A DNA stretch of 64,000 nucleotides, from assembly GCF_018350175.1 (NCBI RefSeq), contig NC_058368.1:212042001-212106000 (forward strand), given 5' to 3'. The notes under the pieces are model-generated. The model saw only the letters and a program-made list of their open reading frames with translations, did not search any database and was not told the DNA's origin. The translations under genes and the position numbers were made by a program. The DNA is from Felis catus. Lineage: Eukaryota. Shown one piece after another: positions 37,960 to 48,580 of this stretch (positions are counted from its first letter, which is position 1; each line of letters opens with the position of its first letter).

Positions 37960-38728
37960 TTTTTTTAAATTTTTTAACGTTTATTTAATTTATTTATTTA
38001 TAATTTTATTTTTTAACATTTACATCCAAATTAGTTAGCATATAGTGAAACTATGATTTCAGGAGTAGATTCTTTAATGCCCCTTACCCATTTAGCCCAC
38101 CCCCCTCACACAACCCCTCCAGCAACCTTCTGCTTATTCTTTATACTTAAGAGTCTCTTCTCTTGTGTCCCCCTCTCTGTTTTTATATTATTTTTGCTTC
38201 TCTTCCCTTATGTTCATCTGTTTTGTCTCTTAAAGTCCTCATATGAGTGAAGTCATATGATATTTGTCTTTCCCTGACTGACTAATTTCACTTAGCACAA
38301 TACCCTCCAGTTCCATCCACGTAGTTGCGAATGGCAAGATTTCATTCTTTTTGATTGCCAAGTAATACTCCATTGTATATATATATACCACATCTTCTTT
38401 ATCCATTCATCCATCGATGGACATTTGGGCTCTTTCCATACTTTGGCTATTGTAGGTAGTGCTGCTATAAACATGGGGGTGCGTGTGTCCCTTTGAAACA
38501 GCACACCTGTATCCCTTGGATAAATGCCTAGTAGTGCAATTGCTGGGTCGTAGGGTAGTTCTATTTTTAGTTTTTTGAGGAACTTCCATACTGTTTTCCA
38601 GAGTGGCTGCACCAGCTTGTATTCCCACCAACAATGCAAAAGAGATCTTCTTTCTCTGCATCCTCACCAACATCAGTTGTTGCCTGAGTTGTTAATGTTA
38701 GCTATTCTGACAGGTTTAAGGTGGTATC
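37960..38728 (-). mobile_element. 5'-truncated carnivore/felid L1 (ORF2 C-terminus and 3' UTR)
   Basis: Minus [58 protein letters not shown] (37948-37959) and TGGGTCACACTT (38729-38740). Confidence 0.93.
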
Positions 38729-38776
38729 TGGGTCACACTTAATAAAAGGAGTAGCCAGGCAGCCACAGACCCAGCT

Positions 38777-38820
38777 AGGAAGGAAGGAAGGAAGGAAGGA
38801 AGGAAGGAAGGAAGGAAGAA
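38777..38820. repeat. (GGAA)n tetranucleotide microsatellite, about 10 units
   Basis: Read directly. Confidence 0.95.
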
Positions 38821-38979
38821 CAGATTTTGGAAGACAGCAACAGTCTTGCCTCTCCAGGAACACCAGAAGATGAGGGTGCTAAGGGTGGTTGGATGTTGGG
38901 AAGCAAAATCTGGAGAAATTCCCCAAAAGGTAACAACCTAGCTAAGCCTTTTTATAGGCTAATTGCATTTTTAAAAATT

Positions 38980-39189
38980 CAAAAAAAACTTTTAATGTTT
39001 TATTTATTTTTGAGAGAGAGAGAGAGCAACTGGGGGAGGGGCAGAGAGAGAGAAACACAATATCTGAAGCAGGCTCCAGGCTCTGAGCTGTCAGCACAGA
39101 GCCCGATGCAGTGCTTGACCCCACGAACTGGGAGGTCATCACCTGAGCCGAAGTCGGATGCTTAACAGACTGAGCCACCCAGGTGCCCC
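38980..39189 (-). mobile_element. SINEC inserted into the tail of the adjacent SINE
   Basis: Full length; flanked by TAAAAATT on both sides. Confidence 0.9.
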
Positions 39190-39380
39190 TAAAAATTTTT
39201 TTAGAGAGAGAGGGAATGTGCAAGCAGGGGAGAGGGACAGGGGGAGAGAGATAGAGAATCTTAAGCAGGCTCCTTGCTCAGCCTGGAGCCTGACGCAGAG
39301 TTCCATCCCATGATCCTGGGATTGACCTGAGCTGAAATCAAGAGTCGGATGCTCAAATGACTGAGCCACCTGGGCGCCCC
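39190..39380 (-). mobile_element. Older SINEC
   Basis: Ends CACCTGGGCGCCCC; outer degenerate TSD GGCTAATTGCATTT/GACTAACTGTATTT encloses both SINEs. Confidence 0.88.
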
Positions 39381-40323
39381 AGACTAACTGTATTTGATTA
39401 ACTTTATCTTATGTGTTTTTATTTATTTATGCACTTATCTCTAATTCCCATTCCTGGGATTATATCATGCATGCTGTTGTTGTTAGACACTTTCGCTTCC
39501 CCTACCCTACCTCCACTCCTCAGAGGTTGCTCTTCCTGGTGCTAAGTCCACTCAAGCAGGAAACACAGATCAGGAGGTCAGAAGGGCTGTCTGAGCCAGA
39601 GGTGTAGAGGCGAGTCACTGACTCTGGACTAGGAATTGGGAGATTGAAGATTAGTTTTTGCTTTTGCTACTACTGTATGAGTTCAGACAAAGAATTTATT
39701 TTATTTTAATGAAGTTTTTACTGAGATAATTGTAGCTTCACATACAGTTGTAAGATACAATAGGACGAGATCCCAGTTTACCCCCAGGGTAACATCTTAC
39801 AAAACAATAGTACAATATCATGATCAGGATATTGACATGGACATAACCCAGTGATCTTATTCAGATTCTCCCAACTTTCTTGTACTCGTGTACTTATGTA
39901 TTTGTGTTTATGTGTGATATTAGTTCTACACAGTTTTACTACGTGTGTGGTTTCATGCATCTACCAACACTGTTGGGATACTGAATAGTTCTTTCCCCAC
40001 AAGAATCTCTCATGTTGCTCTTTCATAACCACACCACCTCCCTCACCACCATGCTCCCCATCCCTCATTCCTAACCTCTGGCAAACCGCAAGCAGTTCTA
40101 AAATTTTCTGATTTTTTTTTTGTTTTGAAATGTTCTGTACGTGGAATGATACAGTATGTAACCTTTTGGGATTGATTTTTTTCACTCAGCGTAATTCCCT
40201 AGACATTCAGTGCTGAGTGGTATTCCAGGATATGTGTGTAACCATAATTTATTTAAACTTTCACATATGGAAGAACAGCTGGATGGTGTCTAGTTATTGG
40301 CTGTTAGAAATAAAGTTGCTCTA

Positions 40324-40532
40324 GGGGCTCCTGGGTGGCTCAGTCGGTTGAGCATCTGACTTCGCAGGTCATGATCTTTCAGTTCGTAGGTTCAAGCTGC
40401 TCGTCAGGCTCTGTGCTGACAGCTTGGAGCCTGGAGCCTGCTTCCCTCTCACTCTCTCTGCCCCCTCCCCTGCTTACGCTCTGTCTCTCTTTCTCTCAAA
40501 AATAAAACATTAAAAATTTTTTTAAAAAAAGA
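40324..40532 (+). mobile_element. SINEC
   Basis: 12-bp TSD AAAGTTGCTCTA at 40312-40323 and 40533-40544. Confidence 0.93.
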
Positions 40533-40782
40533 AAAGTTGCTCTATACATTGTGTACTGGTTTGGGGTTAACATAAGTTCCCATTTCTCTAGGGTAAATGC
40601 CCAAGAGTACAGTTCTATGTCACATAGTAATTGCACGTGTAGTTTTATAAGAAACTGCCAAAGTGTTTTCTAGACTGGCTATACCATCTTATATCCCCAC
40701 CAGTTGTGCATAAGTGATCTACTTGCTCCGCATCCAATATCACAATAGTGATACTGTCACTATTTTTAATTTTAGCATTCTT

Positions 40783-40912
40783 TTTTTAAATCAAGTAGGC
40801 TTCATGCCCAGAGCACAGCCTAATGTGGACCCTGAGCTCACAACCCTGAGATGGAGACCTGAGCTCAGATCAAGATTTGGATGCTTAACTGACAGAGCCA
40901 CCCAGGTGTCCC
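40783..40912 (-). mobile_element. Short older SINEC lacking the (CT)n block
   Basis: Ends GAGCCACCCAGGTGTCCC; 18-bp TSD TTTAATTTTAGCATTCTT at 40765-40782 and 40913-40930. Confidence 0.88.
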
Positions 40913-40930
40913 TTTAATTTTAGCATTCTT

Positions 40931-41144
40931 TTTTTTTTTTAACTGTTTATTTATTTTTGAGACAGAGGGAGACAGAGCATGAACGGGGGAGGGTCAGAGA
41001 GAGAGGGAGACACAGAATCTGAAACAGGCTCCAGGCTCTGAGCTGTCAGCACAGAGCCCGACGCGGGGCTCGAAATCACGGACCGCGAGATCATGACCTG
41101 AGTCGAAGTCGGACGCTTAACCGACTGAGCCACCCAGGTGCCCC
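40931..41144 (-). mobile_element. Young felid SINEC
   Basis: Many CpGs retained; 16-bp TSD TAATTTTAGCATTCTT at 40915-40930 and 41145-41160. Confidence 0.95.
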
Positions 41145-41301
41145 TAATTTTAGCATTCTTGATAGATATGTAGTGATATCTCCTTGTAGTGCTATCTCAT
41201 TAAGTTTCATCTCCCCAATAGGTAATGTTGGACATCTTTTCATGTGCTTTTTTGATATCTGTATGTCTTCATCAGTGAAATGTTTGTGTCTTTTGCTCAT
41301 T

Positions 41302-41510
41302 AAAAAAAAAAATTTAATGTTTTTGAGAGAGAAACAGAGCACAAGTGGGGGGAGGGGCAGAGGGAGAAGAGACACAGAATCCTAAGCAGGCTCCAGGCTC
41401 CGAGCTGTCAGCACCGAGCCCGACGCGGGGCTGGAATCCATGAACCATGCATGAGATCATGACCTGAGCCGAAGTTGGATAGTTAACTGACTGAGCGACC
41501 CAGGCTCCAC
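41302..41510 (-). mobile_element. SINEC
   Basis: 13-bp TSD TCTTTTGCTCATT at 41289-41301 and 41511-41523. Confidence 0.92.
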
Positions 41511-41534
41511 TCTTTTGCTCATTTTTAGTCATTC

Positions 41535-41998
41535 TTTTTTTTTTTTCAATATATGAAGTTTATTGTCAAACTGGTTTCCATACAACACCCAGTGCTCATC
41601 CCAAAAGGTGTCCTCCTCAATACCCATTACCCACCCTCCCCTCCCTCCCCACCCCCTCATCAACCCTCAGTTTGTTCTCAGTTTTTAAGAGTCTCTTATG
41701 CTTTGGCGCTCTTCCACTCTAACCCCTTTTTTTTTCCTTCCCCTCCCCCATGGGTTTCTGTTAAGTTTCTCAGGATCCACATAAGAGTGAAACCATATGG
41801 TGTCTGTCTTTCTCTGTATGGCTTATTTCACTTAGCATAACACTCTCCAGTTCCATCCATGTTGCTACAAAGGGCCATATTTCATTCTTTCCCATTGCCA
41901 CGTAGTACTCCATTGTGTATATAAACCACAATTTCTTTATCCATTCATCAGTTGATGGACATTTAGGCTCTTTCCATAATTTGGCTATTGTTGAGAGT
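41535..41998 (-). mobile_element. Young felid L1 3' end (same subfamily as 17217-18806)
   Basis: Near-identical reverse complement of about 18310-18765; 16-bp TSD CTTTTGCTCATTTTTA at 41512-41527 and 42000-42015. Confidence 0.93.
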
Positions 41999-42374
41999 AC
42001 TTTTGCTCATTTTTAATTTGATTTTTTGGTTACTATCGAGTTTTGAGAATTCCTTATGTATTTTTTATACCAGTCTTTTGTTGGATATGTGGTTTACAAA
42101 TGTTTTCTTCCAGTCTGCAGCTTGTTTTTTCATCTTCTTCACATAGGCTTTTTAAAAAATTACAGCTTTGTTGAGACATAATTCAAATAAATATAATTCA
42201 CTTATTTAAAGTGTACAATTCAATGGCTTTTAGTATATTCACAGAGTGGTTCTACCATTACCATAGTCAACTTTAGAACATTTTTGTCACCCCTAAGTGA
42301 AGCTCAGGGAGCCACAACTCGCAGTCAGCCACGCCATCACTAGGGGTAACAGCCTAAATACACCTACAACCTTC

Positions 42375-42639
42375 TATACCCATACAACCATGCTGTTTTC
42401 ACGTTCAGTACCGTTCAATAAATTACATGAGATAGTCAATGCTTTATTATAAAATAGGTTGTGTTAGATGATTTGGCCTTACTGTAGGCTCGTCGAAGTA
42501 TTCTGAGCATGTTTAAGGTAGGCTAGGTTAAGCTATGATGTTCAGTAAGGTGTATTAAATGTATTTTCAACTTAATGATATTTTCAACTTATGGTGGGTT
42601 CATTGGGACATAACCCCATTGTAAGTCAAGGAAGATCTG
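42375..42639. mobile_element. Tigger5/MER47-like (TcMar-Tigger) terminal fragment
   Basis: TTTAAGGTAGGCTAGGTTAAGCTATGATGTTC...AACCCCATTGTAAGTCAAGGAAGATCTG followed by the TA target. Confidence 0.8.
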
Positions 42640-43364
42640 TATACAAATCGAATTTTACTACCCTATTTTTGAGAAGAGAAAATTCCAGATTTTCTATCTC
42701 CAAAGCTGGGGGGCCCAAAGCAACATCTCAGAGAGGAGTGTATGTAGAAAGAGGTAAGACAGAGTCCCCTTCTTGTGTAAACAAGGAGTTAGGTGGAAGA
42801 TTAGAGAGGAAAAATTGTATGCTTGAAACATAGTCCAACAGAGCAAGCCCATCTACAGAGGACACATCTCGGGTTGACAATATTAATCCAAAAAGAGCTG
42901 CCTAGAAATCTCTTAATAGCCTCAAGAGGGCAGAAGTGGGCAGAGGCATAAAGGTTCAGCCAAAACCAGCTTGTCTTGCAGTGATGGGTGGATTGTAGCT
43001 CTAGGACAAGGGGAAAAAATCACGGAGGGTGGGACCAGCCAGGCTGCAGTCAAGAGTCCTGGAAAGTTTCAGGGAAAACTTTTAACTTAACATTATTGCC
43101 AAACCTCATTTGTATTGGAAAATGGAATTTCTGGCTAATTAAAATATTAAAGTTTATTTAGAAAAGTCTTACTTTGACAGCTGTACTTGTTGAAATGTTA
43201 ATGCCTTAGTAAGCACACTTTAGTGATTGTGAAACAGTGATTGTTGCTGAAGTCTCCTTAGGGACCTAAAGGTCACTCTGGGACTTGTTGATGTGGCCAT
43301 TGAAAGTGCAGGAGGTTGGGTGGAACGGTGTTCACTTGAACATCCACCATCTACCACGGAGGTT

Positions 43365-43765
43365 ACTTTTTTTTTACTTCGTTTTTTAATTATGGTAAAA
43401 TCTATATAAAATAAACTATACCGTCCCATTGTTGGGCAACCATCACCACTATCCATCCATCTCCAGAACCATTTTCATCTTTCCAAACTGAAACTGTATA
43501 CCAATCAGACAATAGGTCCTCACACTTTCCCTCCGCTGGGAGCCCTTGGCAACCACCATTCAGTTATCTGTCTGTATGAATTTGACTACTCTAGGTGCCT
43601 CCTGTACGGGGCTTCCTGCAGTATTTGTCCTCTGATGACTGCTTATTTCATTTAGCGTAAAGTCCTCAGGTCTCCTTTATGCTGTAGCAGGTGTCAGAAT
43701 GCTGAATAACATTCCATTGTATGTATACACTGCATTTTGTTTATCTGTTATCTGTTAATGGACAG
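43365..43765 (-). mobile_element. L1MB-like 3' end
   Basis: GGCAACCACCATTC...TCTGTATGAATTTGACTACTCTAGGTGCCTC...GCTGAATAACATTCCATTGTATGTATAC. Confidence 0.8.
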
Positions 43766-44234
43766 GAACTCATTTTTTAGAATAAATCTAAGTGTCAGAA
43801 ATATCTGATCTCTCTCCCTCTCCTAAAAACAGCACGGAAAAAAAGAATAAGTAAAGTCACTTGCTTCCTAATGCTGCTTCCTTGTCATTGTGCTCTAGTG
43901 CATGAGGAACAAAGATGTCTCATAAGGCGAGGACAGGGATGAGGCAGCCAGGCTGGTTAAAGTCATGGCTCTCCCCAGTCAGTGAAACTAAATAAATTTA
44001 ATGGAAAACAAGAGGAATGAGGTTTTGACCTATCATGAATATTATATCTTGAGTTGCAGATAAGATAGAGGAAAACAAAATAACACTTATTATGACTCCA
44101 GTATGTGGAGGGTATCATACTTGATGTTCCCCCCACGTTATAATGTACTCCTTCTATAAAGCAGTTGTGTGAGGTAAACTTGAGACAAATAATTAGGAGA
44201 CCCTGGATTAATAACCAAGGGTCTTGAGCTCTAA

Positions 44235-44418
44235 AGAAGTTCTATGCAATAAAAATCTAATGCACATCACATATGTCGTGCTCAATTTTGTAGAAGCCAA
44301 GAAGAAAAAAACATAAAAAGAAACAGGCGAAGTTTATTTTAATAATTTTCTTAGCCCACAATATCCAGTATATCATTTCAACGTATAATGTTAATTGTTA
44401 ATGTGATAGTTTATATTT

Positions 44419-44493
<75 letters not shown>

Positions 44494-44785
44494 CTTTCTT
44501 TCTTTCTCTTTCTTTCTTTCTTTTTCTTTCTTTCTTTCTCTTTCTTTCTTTCTTTCTCTTTCTTTCTCTTTCTTTCTTTCTTTTTCTTTCTTTCTTTCTC
44601 TTTCTTTCTTTTTTTCTTTCTTTCTTTCTTTCTTTCTTTCTCTTTCTTTCTCTTTCTTTCTTTGTTTCTCTTTCTTTCTTTCTTTCTTTGCTAACTCTTT
44701 GAAATCCAGGGTGTGTTTTACATGAACAGCACATTTCAAATGCTCTGGCGCCACATGTGGCTGGTGGCCTATGGATTGTCCTGGG
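44235..44785. mobile_element. hAT-Charlie element (MER33/MER3-like) split by a (TTTC)n tract
   Basis: ACAGCACATTTCAAATGCTC...GCCACATGTGGCTGGTGGCC and AAAAAGAAACAGGCGAAGTTTATTTTAATAAT. Confidence 0.65.
44416..44689. repeat. Complex (TTTC)n/(TC)n polypyrimidine tract, about 270 bp
   Basis: Read directly; pyrimidines only except one G. Confidence 0.97.
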
Positions 44786-45264
44786 CTTCCCTGGACCATA
44801 ATGTTCTTTCCAGTGCCCCAGAAGTGTGTTTATCTGGCTAAGTTCAATGTCTTCCTGTTTACCTCATGTGTCTCTAGTTCCTTAACGAAATACTGGCTCC
44901 CATTTTCAAAGCTCTTTGCCATCACATGCCTTCATAGAAGAATGGCTGCTAACTTAGAGGGAATAATTCCTTTTTTTTTTCCTCCTTAAGTTTGCATCTT
45001 CCCCCACCCTAGTCAATTTTCCCTTCTTTGGAGAACCAGAAAATGAATGAATAGACAAATTGGGTAGATTTATATTTCTCAATAATTACATAGGTTACTG
45101 TGTGATTGCTGTTGCTAGAGAGGCATTTTAAATGATTGGGGAGAATAGCTTCTGGTTAGTTAAAAGGGCAAACATTAACAAGAGAATTGGATAAATAATT
45201 CAGAAAAAATGCTGCTATTAAATTATAAATGTGAAGAAAATCAAAGTAAAGCGTCTTCACATTT

Positions 45265-45477
45265 AAAAAAAATTTTTTAATGTTTATTTTTGACAGAGAG
45301 AGAGACAGAGCATGAGCGGGGGAGGGGCAGAGAGAGAGGGAGACGCAGAATCCGAAGCAGGCTCCAGGCTCTGAGCTGTCAGCACAGAGCCCAACACAGG
45401 GCTGGAACTCGCAGACTGCAAGATCATGACCTGAGTTGAAGTCGGACGCTCAACCGACTGAGCCACCCAGGTGCCCC
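45265..45477 (-). mobile_element. Felid SINEC
   Basis: Full length; TSD GTCTTCACA(T/G)TT. Confidence 0.93.
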
Positions 45478-46682
45478 AAGGGTCTTCACAGTTTTTAAAG
45501 TTTATTTTTCTAACTATAAAAATAACATAGAAAACTATTACAATAAAGTGGATTAAAGAAAAAGAAATTACGCCAAGTTCCACTTTCTGTCATAGCTTCC
45601 AAGAAATTTGAGAGCTGAAATGGGAGTGTCTCATTACTTTGTAGTTTCCCTGGTCCCTTCGGAGCAAGAGGGCACCTTCGTTCAGAATAGCATTTCCTTC
45701 AGGAAACAAAATTTGCCTGATTTTGATGCGTGATTTGTTGTTAGCACTCTACTTTGGGGACTGGGGGTTGGAAGTGAGTAAATATGTTGAGCAAAGTATA
45801 GAAGTTGGAATGAATGAATAACGAAATTCAGATTAGGTTCACTAAAATGCGAACACTTTTTTTGTTTTGTTTAATGCTCTATATAACATCCCAGCTCCAC
45901 AAATAAATATTAAGCAAATGAATCCATATACTCACTCAGCAGACACTTACTGCATATTAGAAGACACCAGGCTCAATGTTGAGTGCTGAGTTACACAGTG
46001 ACTGAGGCACTGGTCCAGTTCTCCCTTGTAAAGAAAGCATTCCCCCTCAGGGAGATGCTGTCCACGCCAGCAGGATGACCCATGCAGAAGATAAACACGG
46101 AGCTTTGAGCTAAGACAATCCATTTATTTGCTACATTTGAGAATAGATAAAATCCTGCCTTTGGTTCATAACAATAATAATATCATCCTGACCTTTACTA
46201 GAAAAAAAGCAAACTGCAATCTATCTTTTTGGCAGTTGTCACAAGAGTAAAGTGATCCATGATTGCAGCAGATATAATGTCCCCTAAGACTGTAATTTGT
46301 TTCTTGTGTCAAGTGTATGTGTCACTAAAGCCTAATAAAAGATGATACATTCAGTGCCTCCAGTGCCTTTAGACTATTCAGGAAACCAGATTCTTATAAC
46401 ACATTGGGAAACTCCACACCCTATAGCATTTCCTACTTTACAAAAACATTTTTGTAAACTCAATACACTATATTCATAAATATAGTGGGGCTGAATTTCA
46501 CCATGAAAAAGAACACAAAATATGATAGACAAGAAATCCTTAGCCCCTAAATCCTTAGGGGAAATCCTTCCCCTACAGTATGGGGAACTTTAAAATTCTG
46601 GACAAAGAGCTTTAAAAAATCTCTTTTCTTTAAATACAGATAGTAGAGTGGACATGAACATGAACAAAGCTTTCAGAGGTTA

Positions 46683-46775
46683 GAAGAAGAAGAAGAAGAA
46701 GAAGAAGAAGAAGAAGAAGAAGAAGAAGAAGAAGGAGGAGGAGGAGGAGGAGGAGGAGGAGGAGGAGGAGGAGGA
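46683..46775. repeat. Compound trinucleotide repeat (GAA)17(GGA)14
   Basis: Read directly. Confidence 0.95.
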
Positions 46776-48129
46776 ACGGGGGAGAAAGACGGGAGTGCAG
46801 ACAGCAGAGGTTAACCAAATGCTAGAGACAAAGATGATAGTTTCCTGGAGCTCTATACCCTGGATTTTAAGGATCCGTTTGTGAGCAACCGGGGACAAAT
46901 TTCTGAGCCCATAGAAAGTGGACAGCCAGAAGGAGGCACCTAAATAAAGCTGAAATTTAGGAAAAAGTGTCATTCTCAGTGAAGGGGTGTATTAGAAATC
47001 AAACCAAACCAATCAACCAACAAAAAATATCCCAGAGAAGAACTGTAAAGAAATGCACCTATTTTGGTCTAGCTTCTGGGTAGAGGAGGGCCATATATGC
47101 TAGGAGAAGGAGAGAAACTTATATGAATAAATATCGTACTTATAATAAACGGGCATAGAAGAAGTTGTATTGGTGTGAAATTAAGCATTAAGTATAGTAT
47201 GTAAACACACCCATTATATATGTATGTGTAGAATATACCCGTATATATGTATGTCAGTATGACCATATGTAAATATGGTCTCTTTCACCTTTTTAAAAAA
47301 TGGTCTCATCAGGGTGGCATTGTTCTTTTGGTGTCGGCTCAAAGATAGGGCAGGTGGCTTCTCTGGTCTCTGGAGATAGCTCTCTGATTGGTGTCCTCAA
47401 AGGTTTCTTTGATCTTAACTTGCAGCTTGACTACTTGCTGTCTTGCCAAGTTAACATTTATTACTGAGGCTATCCATTTTCTGAGGGACTCTGGGGGTAC
47501 AGAAGAGCTTAGATCTATTTATGCCCTGGAGTCAAGTTGGTGACTTGAAATACCAAGCAGTTATGTGTGGACTAGGAGGATAGCAGCAGCAAAAGTAGCT
47601 CACTGTTAGGTTTCTTTCTACAGACATGCTCAGCCTTTGATGACTGGGGAGAATACTAATAGTCAACCCAGTAGGTGTCACCAAGAATTTTCTTGTTTCA
47701 TTTAAAAGCATGTAAGAATTGAGGTTCCCAAGCATGAATAGTGTCTTCTTTCTCTTTCCACGAAACCTTGGCACATTCAGATCTGTAAAGAAGACCATAC
47801 AGGGGACTCATGGCATTGTTTTCCCCAGGACACGAGTCTGATCATGCTATTTCTGGAAGCCATTTAGGGTGGTCAGTCATTCCTGCTATTTATACAGTGG
47901 AGGTATTAAAAGCGAACCCTCTGTTTATTTACACTCAACCAACTTACCCATCTGAGGAGACGGATCAAATGCTACCACTTGGAGAGGAAAGCAAGCCACC
48001 CCCTCAGGGTTATGGATAAGAAGAGATAGCACTTACAGACATGGAGAGGGTGGTTAAGTCATCATACCCTTCAGGATTATATGTTTATGTGTGACAGAAA
48101 ACCCCAAAGAAGATGTATTTATTTGAGAT

Positions 48130-48580
48130 ATTGCTATTGCGTGCGAAGAACTAGTCTAGACAGAAGAGTGAACAAAACAGACAAAACAGTCCTCTTCCAT
48201 TCTAGTTGAAAAGTAAACTTTTATTTCTCTCTCACATAAGTGAAATTTGGAGATAAAATGTGCAAGGTTGGTGCAGTGCACCATCATCAGGAACTCAGAC
48301 GCTTTCTGTTGCCTGTCTTCTCTCTTGTTCTATCTTCTGTGATGTCTGGCTTCCACTTTCTTGTCCATCCACACTCAGGGCCAGGAAGGAAGAAGTAGAA
48401 AAGAAGTTCCTGGGTCTTCCTTTTAAGTTCCGTAAGGTAGACGTGGTGCTTTCCCTTGGGTCCCACTGGTCAGAATTTAGTTGCAAGGGATGCTGCGTTA
48501 TTGTATTCTAGGAGGGCATGTGCCCAGCAAAAAATCAAAGAGGAAAAGCAAATATTGGGACAACTGGTGGCCTGACACAG
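48130..48580 (-). mobile_element. Possible old MLT1 (MaLR) LTR
   Basis: TTTATTTCTCTCTCACATAAG...ATCAGGAACTCAGACGCTTTCTG...GCATGTGCCCAGC; heavily degraded. Confidence 0.45.

Larger units (their letters stand above)
39695..42295 (-). mobile_element. Old L1M (L1MC/MB-like) 3' sequence, probably composite, hosting five younger insertions
   Basis: GAGATAATTGTAGCTTCACATACAGTTGTAAGA; AGAAACTGCCAAAGTGTTTTC; GTTGGACATCTTTTCATGTGCTT; TTTAAAGTGTACAATTCAATGGCTTTTAGTATATTCACAGAGT. Confidence 0.8.

Noticed and set aside
44388..44799. K/E/R-rich and F/L/S-rich ORFs
   Set aside because: Translations of the (TTTC)n tract.
46630..46973. Poly-Leu and poly-Ser/Phe ORFs
   Set aside because: Translations of the GAA/GGA repeat.
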